Source of the DNA: Squalus acanthias
Taxonomy: Eukaryota
Assembly (NCBI GenBank): GCA_030390025.1
Contig: CM059432.1
Location: forward strand, 89,964,001 to 90,028,000
Reading direction: 5' to 3'
DNA: 64,000 nucleotides
The notes beneath the pieces were generated by a model. It worked only from the letters and a program-made list of their open reading frames with translations. It was not told the origin of the DNA and did not search any database. Positions 38,123 to 50,761 of this stretch are shown here, piece by piece. The translations under genes were made by a program, and so were the position numbers. Each line of letters starts with the position of its first letter. Position 1 is the stretch's first letter.

Positions 38123-38533
38123 ATTATTTTGTATGTTCTCATTATTTCAGGGCAGCCCTGAGGCCACCATCCACACTACAGTGCCGCAGGTATGAGAGGC
38201 CTGCTGCAGCCAATCCCCATTTGTCTTAAACAGGGAAAGTACCTTGACTCTACAGAAATACCAAAGACTGGGCTACCCAGTTGGAAGGCTCATAGATTGC
38301 TGCTTAATTTGATTCCAGTAATTTTTCATTTAATTAAATGTGTTTTTTTGTGGAAGATTATCACATAGATTTCTGAATGTCCAAATAAACTATTGCAATA
38401 TCTACTTTATACATAAGATCCTCAAAGATGTCAAGGAGGTTTAACAGGCAAGATGTTCCTCTTCTAAATTTATGTTGCCTGTTGCTTTCTATGTTTATAC
38501 AGATTTTTTGTGGTATCAATTAATCTCTTTGAA

Positions 38534-41520
38534 TTTTTTTTTTATTCGTGCATGGTATGTGGGTGTCGCTGGCAAGACCAGCATTTATTGCCCATCCCTA
38601 ATTGCCCTTGAGAAGGTGGTGGTGAGCTGCCTTCTTGAACCGCTGCAGTCTGTGTTGTGAAGGTACTCCCGCAGTGCTGTTAGGGAGGGAGTTCCAGGAT
38701 TTTGACCTAGCGACGATGAAGGAACGGTGATAAACTTCCAAGTCAGTATGGTGTGTGACTTGGAGGGGAACTTGGAGGTGGTGGTGTTCCCATGCGCCTG
38801 CTGCCCTTGTCCTTCTAGGTGGAAGAGGTGGCGGGTTTGGGAGGTGCTGCCGAAGAAGCTTTGGCGAGTTGCTGCAGTGCATCTTGTAGATGGTGCACAC
38901 TGCAGCCATGGTACGCCGGTGGTGGAGGGAGTGAATGTTTAAGGTGATGGATGGGGTGCCAATCAAGCGGGCTGCTTTGTCTTGGATGGTGTCGAGCTTC
39001 TTGGGTGTTGTTGGAGCTGCACTCATCCAGGCAAGTGGAGAGTATTCCATCACACTCCTGACTTGTGCTGTGTAGATGGTGGAAAGGCTTTGGGGTGTCA
39101 GGAGGTGAGACACTCGCCGCAGAATACCCAGCCTCTGACCTGCTCTTGTTGCCACAGTATTTATGTGGCTGGTCCAGTTAAGTTTCTGGTCAATGGTGAC
39201 CACCAAGAGATCGATGGTGGGGGATTCGGCGATGGTAATGCCTTAAATGTCAAGGGGCGGTGGTTAGACGCTCGCTTGTTGGAGATCGTCATTGCCTTAA
39301 ACTTGTGTGGCACGAATGTTACCTGCCACTTATCAGCCCAAGCCTGAATGTCGTCCAGGTCTTGCTGCATGCAGGCATGGACTGCTTCATTATCTGAGGA
39401 GTTGCGAATGGCACTGAACACTGTGTAGTCATCAGCGAATATCCCCACTCAACTTCTGACCTTATGATGGAGGGAAGGTCATTGATGAAGCAGCTGAAGA
39501 TGGTTGGGCCAAGAACATTGCCCTGAGGAACTCCTGCAGCGATGTCCTGGGGCTGTGATGATTGACCTCCAACCACCACAGCCATCTTCCTTTGTGCTAG
39601 ATATGACTCCTGCCAGTGGATAGTTTCCCCCCCCCCCCCCCCCCCCGCCCCCCCCCCTGATTCCCATTGACTTCAGTTTTACTAGGGCTCGTTGATGCCA
39701 CACTTGGTCAAATGCTGCCTTGATGTCAAAGGCAGTAACTCTCATCTCACCTCTGGAATTCAGCTCTTCTGTCCATGTTTGGACCAAGGCTGTAATGAGG
39801 TCTGAAGCCGAGTGGTCCTGGCAGAACCCAAACTGGGCATCAGTGAGCAGGTTATTGGTGAGTAAGTGCCGCTTGATAGCACTGTCAACGACACCTTCCA
39901 TCACTTTGCTGATGATTGAGAGTAGACTGATGGGGCAGTAATTGGCCGAATTGGATTTGTCCTGCTTTTTGTGGACAAGACATACCTGGGCAGTTTTCCA
40001 CATTGTCGGATAGATGCCAGTGTTGTAGTTGTACTGGAACAGCTTGGCTAGAAGCGCGGCTAGTTCTGGGGCACAAGTCTTCAGCACGACAGCCAGGATG
40101 TTGTTGGGGCCCACAGCCTTTGCTGTATCCAGTGCGCTCAGCCGTTTCTTCATATCACGTGGAGTGAATCAAAGTGGCCGAAGACTGGCTTCTGTGGTGG
40201 TGGGGACCTCAGGAGGAGGCCAATATGAATTATCCACTCGGCACTTCGGTGGTTGGTGGTTGCAAATGCTTCAGCTTTGTCTTTTGCACTCACATGCTGG
40301 GCTCCAGCATCATTGAGGATGGTGATATTCATGGAGCCTCCTCTTCCCGTTAGTTATTTAATGGTCCACCACCATTCACGACTGGATGTGGCAGGACTGC
40401 AGAGCTTTGATCTGATCCGTTGATTGTGGGATCGCTTAGCTCTGTCTATAACATGCTGCTTCCGCTTTTTAGCATGCATGTAGTCCTGTGTTGCAGCTTC
40501 CCCAGGTTGGCACCGCATTTTTAGGTATGCCTGGTGCTGCTCCTGGCATGCTCTTCTGCACTCCTTATTGAACCAGGGTTGTTCCCCTGGCTTGATGGTA
40601 ATGGTAGAGTGAGGGATATGCTGGGCCATGAGGTTACAGATTATGGTGGAATACAATTCTGCTGCTGCTGATGGCCCACAGCGCCTCATAGATGCTCAGT
40701 TTTGAGCTACTAGATCTGTTCTGAATCTGTCCCATTTAGCATGGTGGTCGCGACACACAACCTGATGGAGGGTGTCCTCAATGTGAAGACAGGACTTCGT
40801 CTCTACAAGGACCGTGTGGTGGTCACTGCTACCAATGCTGTCATGGACAGATGCATCTGCGACAGGTAGATTGGTGAGGACGAGGTCAAATTGGTTTTTC
40901 CCTCGTGTTGGTTCTTTCACCACCTGTCGCAGGCTAAGACAGGCAGCTATGTCCTTCAGGACTCGGCCAGCTCGGTCAGTAGTGGTGCTACCAAGCCACT
41001 CTTGGTGATGGACATTGAAGTCCCCCACCCAGAGTATATTCTGTGCCCTTGCTACTCTCAGTGCTTCTTCCAAGTGGTGTTCAACATGGAGGAGTACTGA
41101 TTCATCAGCTGAGGGAGGACAGTAGTTGATAATCAGCAGGAGGTTTCCTTGCCCATGCTTGACCTGAAGCCATGAGACTTCATGAGGTCCGGAGTCAATG
41201 TTGAGGACTCACAGGACCACTCTTTCCTGACTGTATACCACTGTGCCGCCACCCCTGGTGGGTCTGTCCTGCTGGTGGGACAGGACATACCATGGGATGG
41301 TGATGGAGGAGCTTGGGACATTGGCTGAAAGGTATGATTCTGTGACTATCATTATGTCAGGCTGTTGCTTGACTAGTCTGTGGGACAGCTCTCCCAATTT
41401 TGACACAAATCCCCAGATGTTGGTGAGGAGGACTTTGCAGGGTCGACTGGGCTGGATGTGCTGTTGTCGTGTCCGTAGCCGGTGCCGAGGTCTATACCAG
41501 GTGGTCCGTAAGGTTTTATT
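38534..41520 (-). mobile_element. Near-complete ORF2 of a second CR1-group LINE family (APE endonuclease plus RT), decayed
   Basis: APE motifs LTNIWG, IVTESYL, DRPTRGGG, VGDFNVHH, SDHH; RT motifs DIKAAFD, VPQG.VLGP, FADD; poly(A) 3' end. Exact clade not resolved. Confidence 0.9.
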
Positions 41521-41625
41521 CTTATTGTTTTTCGTATATATCAATTGCAGTCAACTTGGCTGTATCAGAGCACAGTAGAGCTCACTTCATACTCTCTGTA
41601 AGCTTTTGTCAAGTCTTATGCTATC

Positions 41626-41745
41626 ACGAAGGAGCGATAGCTCCGAAAGCTTGTAAAATTAAATAAATCTGTTGGACTATAACCTGGTGTTGTGCGACTT
41701 CTCATTTTTGTCCACCCCAGTCCAACGCCGGCATCTCCACATCAT
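41626..41745 (+). mobile_element. Penelope-like terminal fragment, truncated inside the hammerhead core
   Basis: ACGAA-GGAGC-GATA-GCTCC-GAAAGCTT then aataaatctgttggactataacctggtgttgtg...ccccagtccaacgccggcatctccacatcat; homologous to 894-980. Confidence 0.75.
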
Positions 41746-41787
41746 ATCATTAAGAGAGTAGTGATGAGATTACTTCTATCTGCCTAT

Positions 41788-44700
41788 TAGGAACATGGGA
41801 ACAGAAGTAGGCCATTTAGCCCCCCGAGCCTTTTCCGCCATTCAATGAGATCATGGCTGATCTGCGACTGAACAGTTTGCCCCATATCCCTTAATACCTT
41901 TGGTTAACAAAAATCTATCAATCTCAGATTCAAAATTAACAATTGACCTAGCATCAATTGCCATTTGCAGAAGAGAGTTCCAAACTTCTACCACCCTTTG
42001 TGTGTAGAAGTGTTTCCTAATTTCACTCCTGAAAGGTCTGGCTCCAATTTTTTAGACTATGCCCCCTAGTCCTAGACTCCCCAACCAGCAGAAATAGTTT
42101 CTCTCTATCTACCCTATCTGTTCCCCTTAATATCTTGAAAACTTCAATCAAGTCACCCCTTAACCTTTTAAATTCCAGGGAATACAACCCTAGTTTGTGT
42201 AATCTCTCCTCGTAATTTAACCCCTGGACTCCAGTTATCATTCTGGTAAATCTACACTGCACTCCCTCCAAGGCCAGTAGATCCTTCCTAAGGTATGGTG
42301 CCCAGAACTGCTCACAGTACTCCAGGTGTGGTCTAACCAGGGCTTTGTATAGCTGTAGCATAACTTCTACCCCCTTGTATTCTAGTCCTTTAGATATAAA
42401 AGCCAGCATTCCATTAGCCTTTTTGATTATCTACTGTACCTGTTCATGATATTTTAATGATCTGTGCACCTGGACTCCCAAGTCTCTTTGGACCTCCACT
42501 GTTTTTAGCTTTTCGCCATTTAGAATGTACCCTGTTCTATCATTTTTAGGTCCAAAGTGGATGACCTCACATTTGCCTACGTTGAAATCCATTTGCCACA
42601 GTTTTGCCCATTCACTTAATCTGTTAATGTCCCTTTGTAATTTTATGCCTTCATCCACATTGCCTACAATGCCGTTTATCTTTGTGTCATCGGCAAATTT
42701 GGATATATGACTTTCTATGCCATCATCTAAGTCGTTCATAAATACAGTGAATAATTGAGTCCCCAACACAGATCCCTGCGGGACACCACTAATCACATCC
42801 TACCAATTAGAGTATCTGCCCATTATCCCTACTCTCTGTCTCCTGCTGCTCAGCCAATTTCCTAACCAGGTCAATAATTTGCCTTCAACTCCATGGGCTT
42901 CAACCTTAGTTAACAGTCTCTTATGTGGGACTTTATCAAATGCCTTCTGGAAGTCCATATAAATAACATCCATAGATATTCCCCCTGTCCACTACTTTAG
43001 TCACCTCTTCAAAAAGTTCAGTCAGGTTCGTCAGGCATAACCTTCCTTTTACAAATCCATGCTGGCTCTTTCTGATCAGCTGAAAATTTCCAAGGTGTTC
43101 AGTCACCCTAGCCTTAATTATAGACTCTAGTAATTTCCTGACAACAGATGTTAGGCTAACTGGTCTATAATTCCCTGGTTCCTCTCTCTCACCATTCTTA
43201 AATAGCGGAGTGACATGCGCAATTTTCTAATCTAAAGGAACGGTTCCTGAATCAAGAGAACTCTGGAAGATTATAGTTAGGGCATCTGCAATGTCCTCAC
43301 CTACTTCCTTTAAAACCCTGGGATGGAAACCATCTGATCCTGGGGATTTGTCACTCTTTAGTGCCATTATTTTCTTCATTACTGCTATTTTGCTTACGTT
43401 AATTTTATTGAGTCCCTGTCCTTGATTCAATATTAGTTTCCTTGGGATTTCTGGCATGCTATCCTCTTCCTCTACTGTAAATACTGATGCAAAGTAATTA
43501 TTCAGCATGTCCGCCATTTCCTTATTATCATTGAAAATATCACCGATATCAGTTTTCAAGGGGCCAACATTGCTCCTGACCACCCTCTTTTTCCTAAAGT
43601 AATTGTAAAAAAAATTTGCATTGAATTTGCAAGTTTCTTTTCATGCTGCCTTTTTGTAGCTCTTACTATTTGTTTTGTCACCTTTTGCTGTTCTTTGTAT
43701 CTTTCCCATTCACCAGGACCTGTGCTATTTTTTTTTTGCCTTTTTCTATGCTATTTCTTCTGGTTTTATGTTGTCTCTTAACTCTTTAGTCGTCCATAGC
43801 TGTTTTTTGGCAAGTAGAGCTCTTGCCCCTTAGGAGTATAAACTGGTTCTTTATCACTTTAAATTCTTTTTTGAACACCTCCCACTGATCTGTCATTTTA
43901 CCCATTAACAGATTTGCCCAGTTTACAACAATAACAACAACTTGTATTTATATGGTGCCTTTATCATTGTTAAACATTCCAAGACGCTGCACAGGAGTAT
44001 TATAAGACAAGAAATTTGACACCGAGCCACATAAAGAGAAACTAGGGCAGGTGACCAAAAGCTTGGTCAAAGAGGTAGGTTTTAAGGAGCGTCTTAAAGA
44101 AGGAAAGAGAGGTAGCGAGGTGGAGAGGTTTAGGCAGGGAATTCCAGAGCTTAGGGCCTAGGCAACAGAAGGCACGGCCATCAATGGTTGAGCGATTATA
44201 ATCAGGGATGCTCAGGAGGGCAGAATTAGAGGAGCGCAGATATCTCGGGGGGGTTGTGGGGCTGAAGGATATTACAGAGATAGGGAGGGGCGAGGCCATG
44301 GAGGGATTTGAAAACAAGGATGAGAATTTTGAAATCGAGGCGCTGCTTAACCGGGAGCCAATGTAGGTCAGTGAGCACAGGGGTGATGGGTGAATGGGAC
44401 TTGGTGCGAGTTAGGGCACGGGCAGCCGAGTTTTGGCTGACCTCAAGTTTACGTAGGGTAGAATGTGGGAGGCCAGCCAGGAGTGCATTGGAATAGTCAA
44501 GTCTAGAGGTAACAAAGGCATGAATGAGGGTTTCAGCAGCAGATGAGCTGAGGCAAGGGCGGAGATGGGCGCTGTTACGGAGGTGGAAATAGGCGGTATT
44601 TGTTATGCTACGGATATGTGGTCGGAAGCTCATTTCAGTCGCAACTATGACACCAAGGTTGCGAACAGTGTGGTTCAGCCTCAGACAGATGTTAGGGAGA

Positions 44701-46060
44701 GGGATGGAGTCAGTGGCTCGGGAACGGAGTTTGTGGCGGGGACCGAAAACAATGGCTTCGGTCTTCCCAATATTTAATTGGAGAAAATTTCTGCTCATCC
44801 AGAACTGTATGTCGGACAAGCAGTCTGACAATTTAGAGACCGTGGATGGGTCAAGAGATGAGGTAGTGAGGTAGAACTGGGTGTCATCAGCATACATGTG
44901 GAAACTGACGCCATGTTTTCGGATGATGTCGCCAAGGGGCAACATGTAGATGAGAAATAGGAAGGGTCCAAGGATAGATCCTTGGGGGACACCAGAGGTA
45001 ACGATGCAGGAGTGGGAAGAGAAGCCATTGCAGGTGATTCTCTGGCTACAATTAGATAGATAAGAATGGAACCAGGCGAGTGCAGTCCCACCCAGCTGGA
45101 CGATGGTGGAGAGATGTTGGAGAAGGATGGAGTAGTCAACCGTGTCAAAGGCTGCAGACAAGTCAAGAAGGACGAGGAGGGATAGTTTACCTTTGTCACA
45201 GTCACAAAGGATGTCATTTGTGACTCTGATGAGAGCCGTTTCGGTACTGTGGCAAGGGCGAAAACCTGATTGGAGAAATTCAAACATGGAATTGTGGGAA
45301 AGATGGGCACGGATTTGGGAGGCGACAACACATTCAAGGACTTTGGAGAGGAAAGGGAGGTTGGAGATGGGGCGGTAGTTTGCAAGGACGGAGGGTTTAC
45401 TCTGGACAGTCTCTGTCTCATCGCATTGAAGTCAGCCTGACCTAAATCTCGAATCTCAGTAGCTGTATCGTGTTTCTCTCTTACAAACACTACGTTGAAC
45501 TTGATCATGTTATGGTCGCTTTTAGATAAATGTTCATGCACCGTTAGGCTGTTAACTAAATCTGGCTCATTACTCATTACTAAATCTAATATGGCATGCT
45601 CCCCTGTTGGTTCCAGGACATATTGTTGCAGAAAACTATCCCGGACACACTCAAGAAATTCACTATCTTTCTGACATGTGCTAGTCTGCTTATACCAATC
45701 TATATGAAAGTTAAAATCCCCCATTAAAGCCACTCTGCCTTTGCTTGTCTAATCTCTGTATTTATACAATCTAGCACTTCACAGCTGCTACCAGGGGGCC
45801 GCTACACAATTCCCACTACTGTCTTAAATCCTTTCCTATTTCTTAATTCTACCCATGAAGTCTTCGCTGTCTGTTTACCTCTCTTATCATTGAAGTGATT
45901 TCATCCTTAATCACGAAGGCTATTCCTCCCCCTCCACCATTTTCCCTATCTATCCTGTAGACCTTTTAACCTGGTATATTTAGTTCCCAGTCCTGACCGT
46001 CTTGCAGCCATGTCTCAGTAACGGCTACCATGTCATACCCTCTATATTCATCTATATTAT
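41788..46060 (-). mobile_element. CR1 LINE with nearly all of ORF2, split by an L2
   Basis: VAVTETWLQ, MGDFNFHIDW, SDHNMI, KSPG.DGFHPRVLKE, KFADDTK, 3' UTR and tail; same subfamily as 1878-3747. Confidence 0.92.
43927..45394 (-). mobile_element. L2 LINE RT region to 3' end
   Basis: QSGFRPCHSTETAL, LLDLSAAFDTVD, YADDTQ, SRLDYSNALL, LHWLPV; TSD GTTTAC at 43921-43926 and 45395-45400. Confidence 0.94.
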
Positions 46061-46119
46061 TGCCTGCTGGAGTAGCCCAGATGTACAACTTGAGCTCTTC
46101 ATTGCCTGTTCCAACAACA

Positions 46120-46282
46120 TTTTCAAGAATTTCAAAAGGAAATTGGATAGGTACTTGAGGGAAATAAACTTGCAGGGCTACAGGGATAGAGCGGGGGAAT
46201 GGGACTGACTGGATTGCTCTACAGGGAGCAGGCATCGACTCGATGGGCCGAATGGCCTCCTTCTGTGCCATAATGACTCTAT
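46120..46282 (+). mobile_element. CR1 3' end; tail interrupted by a MITE
   Basis: FKRKLDRYL...GEWD, gggccgaatggcctccttctgtg, atgactct tail continuing after 47178. Confidence 0.85.
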
Positions 46283-47175
46283 GGGGGAGAAATTCAGTAT
46301 CGCCCCATTTGGGGCGCAATTATCGGCCGGGGGCAAAGATTAGCGCCTGGCGCTAATTATCGCCACTGACTGCAAACTTGACTTTTATCGCCCCTGGAGG
46401 TGATTGGAGCGCTAAATCAGGCGCCTCACACCTGTCTTAAGGCGCAAAGGCCGAGGAGCGAGGCGCTAACTCAGAGCACTGGCGAAGCTCATGTGATGTC
46501 AGTCAGCAATGGAACACACACACAATGGCACGGGCCAGTTCTTAAAGGGGATGGTTAATCTTGCTTTCCATCTACATCCTGCTCATTGCAGCCTTGAATC
46601 TCGGCCTGGAGAGACCTGCACATCAAATGTGCTGGAAAGAACAATGGAGAGTACCAGGCAAAGAGCTCAGAGTGCAGCCCCCACAGTCTCTGCTAAATCG
46701 ATACAAGGAATGGCAAATCAAAATGAACCTGCAAAGTGCTGCTCAGTACCCAAAACTCCTTCACACAACGTTGAATCTCTCCAGAAGTCTCTCCCTCTCT
46801 CTCTCAGAATGCGTGGTTCAAAAATGGCACCAACAATAAAAGGCAGGAAGCGGTCACCTTTAAATAGTGCTCCCCCTTTCCCTACATGACTGCAGAATGC
46901 TCCCCTCAACCTGTCGTTGCTAGCGTCAGGCGGTAAGGCAGGGGGCGCCACTGAATATCCGCTCCGGGGCGATACCGGGGCGTTGCGCACTCGAGTGACG
47001 TCACGATCTGCCGGCGCAGGAGATCGTGGCGGTAGTGTTTAGCGCCGCCGCAAAATGTCTAGTTAATTTCGCGAGCGGCGCAAACTTCACCGCGCCTGGG
47101 CGCCAGATGCTTTGTGCCCCATTAGCGCCCTCTTAAGGCGCTAACGGGAGGCGCAACCAACTGAATTTTTCCCCC
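46283..47175. mobile_element. Harbinger-derived MITE, family A copy 2
   Basis: TIR GGGGGA(G/A)AAATTCAGT, TSD TAT. Confidence 0.93.
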
Positions 47176-47806
47176 TATGACTATAAATTACCGATGGTTC
47201 TTATGGATGTAATTTTTGATGAGAACGTCATTCTAACTAGAATTATCCTGTATGGTCTATTAAAACAGAAGAAAAGTAGTCTTTTGTTTGAAACTGAAAT
47301 AAAAGCTTGCCTGAAATAATTGATATTTGAAGTACTGCTGCTGGGTGCATTAGGGCCTGGAGTTTCCTCCACATTTGCCCTCCAGATCCACCCATAATCT
47401 GGATGCAAAAAAATTGTGTGGCTTAAAAGATTGCAGTATTTTGGGCATAAGTGAGTTACACATGTAACTACAACACGTCCATGTCTCCTCGATTTTTTTA
47501 CGTCTATCCATCTCTGTCCAAATGAATCTCTGCCCACAGAACTGTGAAAAGATTAGTAGACTGTTTAAACTAGGTTATGGGTCCATTTTAGAGGGAGCTA
47601 TTCTCTCCAGGAAACTAGTCAGGTGCTTTAACAGAGCCAATAAATGGCAGATTTGTCCACCATGTTGGAGAACACTGAAGGACTGGTTTGAAAGGAATGA
47701 ACAGATGCTTCTCAAACTGTTCGTCATATCTGCCTTTTAAAAAAAAATAGCTCTTAACATTTATTTGTTACAACTGAAATTGATCTAATGTGCTGCCTGC
47801 TCAAGT

Positions 47807-48087
47807 GTCAGCCTTGGCTCAGTGGTAGCACACCTGCCTCTTAGTCAGAAGGTCGTGGGTTCAAGCCCCACTCCAGAGAGTTAATCTAGGCTGACACTTC
47901 AGTGCAGTACTGAGGGAGTGCTGCAATGTTGAAAATGCTGACTTTCGGACGACGCGTTAAATTGAGGCCCCGTCTGCCCTCTCAGGTAAATATAAAAGTT
48001 CCCATGGCTCTATTTGAAGAAGAACAGGGAAGTTCTCTTGGTGTCCTGGCCAACATTTATCTCTCAACCAACATCATTAAAACAGAT
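47807..48087 (+). mobile_element. tRNA-derived Deu-domain SINE (SacSINE1/AmnSINE-like)
   Basis: Pol III A box TGGCTCAGTGG, B box GGTTCAAGCC, then Deu-like core cagtactgagggagtgctgca...gaggccccgtctgccctctcagg...gtcctggccaacatttat; cut by a Harbinger end. Confidence 0.85.
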
Positions 48088-48617
48088 GGGCCCAGAAATT
48101 GGGCTAATTACCACCACCCATTAGCGCTGGAATCCTGGCAAAAAATGGCAGCCGCCACTCTAACACCCTTCTCTGGTGCAGGACTCAGCAGCTGCCATTT
48201 TGGTGAGGGCCTTAGCGCTGCTGATAGCAGCGATGGCCCTGGAGATGCAAATAGGGAGAGAGTGTCATCAGTTGGTGCGCAACACCGACTGAACATCACG
48301 CTCTGCGAACTTTGACCTTAGCGCTGAGTTTAGCACTGGGTCCTAAGCACGCTCTGAAAAGCGAGTGTTCAGCAGACTGACATGGACGTTGTCAGCACTT
48401 CTTAAAGGGACACACACATCTTTCAGATAAGTTTGAATTTAAGCTTTTGGGCTGGATTTTTAAATTTTTTTATTGAAGTAGTGACCTCTCCTTGCTGTGG
48501 TATGGTTCCACAAGCCCTCTGATAGCTCTAAGTAACTGTTCGTCATGTGCAAGCCTAAACAGTGAGTGACAGCTAGCTGTACAACCGTGAGGAGCAAATC
48601 CTGACACCAAACACACA
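48088..48617 (+). mobile_element. Harbinger left-end fragment
   Basis: Starts gggcccagaaattg (H1-like TIR) with ttagcgctg subterminal motifs. Confidence 0.6.
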
Positions 48618-49287
48618 GGCCAGAATTTTCCCCATAAAAACAGGTGGGGTTGGAGCGTGGGGGCAGTTAAATTGTTAAAAATGGAATTCCCGACCTGATC
48701 CCATCTCCAACCCACCCACTTCCAGTTTTAACGGAGGCGGGACGGGGGGTGGGCGACAAACCCGCTCCCAGGGGGTGGAATGTCAATTTAAATATTATAA
48801 TAGGGCTGGAAGCCTCTTTTTTAACCTCCATTTTGAATTTGACTGCATGTGGATGGGTTTCGCACAATTCGTGAAACCCATCAGTTAAACCGAGGCGGGG
48901 ACTGCTGGATCCAGGGGACAAGTGGCCCACCCCCCGCGATCCTCTCTTCCTCCTCCAACCCCGCCCCCACCGATGCTCCGGCCGACCCCCCCCCCCGCCG
49001 ATCCCCGACCCCCCCCGCCACGATCCCTGATCCTCCCCTGCCGATCCCCGACACCCCCCATATTCCCCGACCGAGCCACAGCCGATCCCCAATCCCCTCG
49101 CCGCAATCCCCAACCAAGCCAGCTGATCCTCAACCCCTCCGATCCCCAACCCCTCCGATCCCCGACCGAGCCATCTGATCTCCAACCACCCCCTCCCCCG
49201 CAATCCCCGACCGAGCCAGCCTGGGGTTCGGGGATCGGCAGGGGTGCCAGCCTCCTGGGTTTCCCACCCACCTTGGAAGCCCCCCCC
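48618..49287. mobile_element. Family C element in reverse orientation, truncated by a LINE
   Basis: Starts ggccagaatttt; reverse complement of the 29178-29988 layout; (ccgatcccc)-like repeats. Confidence 0.75.
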
Positions 49288-50503
49288 GGTCCCAACATGG
49301 ACAAAAGAGCTGAATTCCAGAGGTGAAGTGAGAGTGACTGCCCTTGACATCAAGGCAGCATTTGACTGAGTGTGGCATCAAGGAGCCCTAGTAAAACTGA
49401 AGTCAATGGGAATCGGAAAGACTCACCACTGGCTGGAGTCACAGCTAGCACAAAGTAAGATGGTTGTGGTTATTGGAGGTCAATCATCTCAATCCCAGGA
49501 CATCGCTGCAGGAGTTCCTCAGGGCAGTGTCCTAGGCCCAACCATCTTCAGCTGCTTCGTCAATGACCTTCCATCCATCATTGGGTCAGAAGTGTGGATG
49601 TTTGCTGATGATTGCACAGTGTTCAGCGCCATTCGCAACTCCTCAGATAATGAAGCAGTCTATGCCCGCATACAGCAAGACCTGGATGACATTCGGGCTT
49701 GGGCTGATAAGTGGCAAGTAACATTCGCGCCACAGAAGTGCCAGGCAATGACTATCTCCAACAAGAGAGCATCTAACCACCACCCTTGACATTCAACAGC
49801 ATTACCATTGCCAAATCCCCCAACATCAACATCCTGGGGGTCACCATTGACAGGAAACTTAACTGGACCAGCCACATAAATACTGTGGCTACAAGAGCAG
49901 GTCAGAGGCTAGGTATTCTGTGGCGAGTGTCTCACCTGCTGACTCCCCAAAGCCTTTCAACCATCTACAAGCACAAGTCAGGAGTGTGATAGAATACTCT
50001 CCACTTGCCTGGATGAGTGCAGCTCCAACAACACTCAAGAAGTTTGACACCATCCAAGACAATGCAGCCCGCTTGATTGGTACACCATCCACCACCTTAA
50101 ACATTCACTCCCTCCACCACGGGCGTACCGTGGCTGCAGTGTGTACCACCTACAAGATGCACTGCAGCAACTCGCCAAGGCTTCTTCAACAGCACCTCCC
50201 AAACCCACGACCTCTTCCACCTAGAAGGACAAGGGCAGCAGGCACATCGGAACACCATCACCTGCAAGTTCCCCTCCAAGTCACACACCATCCTGACTTG
50301 GAAATTTATCGCCGTTCCTTCATCGTCGCTGGGCCAAAATCCTGGAACTCCCCCCCTAACAGCACTGTGGGAGTACCTTCACCACACGGACTGCAGTGGT
50401 TCAAGAAGGTGGCTCACCACCACCTTCTCAAGGGCAATTAGGGATGGGCAATAAATGCTGGTCTTGCCAGCGACGCCCACATCCCAGGAACAAATAGAAA
50501 AAA
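49288..50503 (+). mobile_element. 5'-truncated copy of the 38534-41520 LINE family
   Basis: VPQGSVLGPTIFSCF, FADD, QVRSVIEYSPLAW, same 3' end. Confidence 0.92.
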
Positions 50504-50761
50504 GCCCTACTCTACAATTTTACACAGACCAATTAGAATGTGCAGCCAGAGCCACAGTTTGACAGAGTTCAAACGATTGTTTTTTTCCCCTTCTCTAAGA
50601 TTGGTGTAAAGCATGGTCATCAATGCACTTTGGAATAACCAGCAAGGATATCTCAAAAATACATTTGCTGAATTATGCCTAATACAGGAGAAATTTGTAT
50701 TATCTTTCATAGACTGTATGATTTTCCACTCATATTTAAGTGATCCTGTATTGGAAAGTTA

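Noticed and set aside
39627..39657. Long poly-C tract as a functional element
   Set aside because: It sits inside a dead LINE and is absent from the sister copy near 49410; slippage or an assembly artefact is more likely.
45224..45246. CTGATGA as another hammerhead core
   Set aside because: It is the antisense of the L2 TETALIR codons; no stem II plus GAAA on the same strand.
44795..45733. 312-aa novel ORF
   Set aside because: Chimera of CR1 endonuclease codons and out-of-frame L2 sequence across an insertion junction.
47807..47880. tRNA gene
   Set aside because: It has A and B boxes but no convincing cloverleaf and runs into a Deu-SINE body that recurs at 25188.
48667..49353. Gly- or Pro-rich ORFs
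   Set aside because: Artefacts of GC-rich low-complexity repeats inside a family C element.
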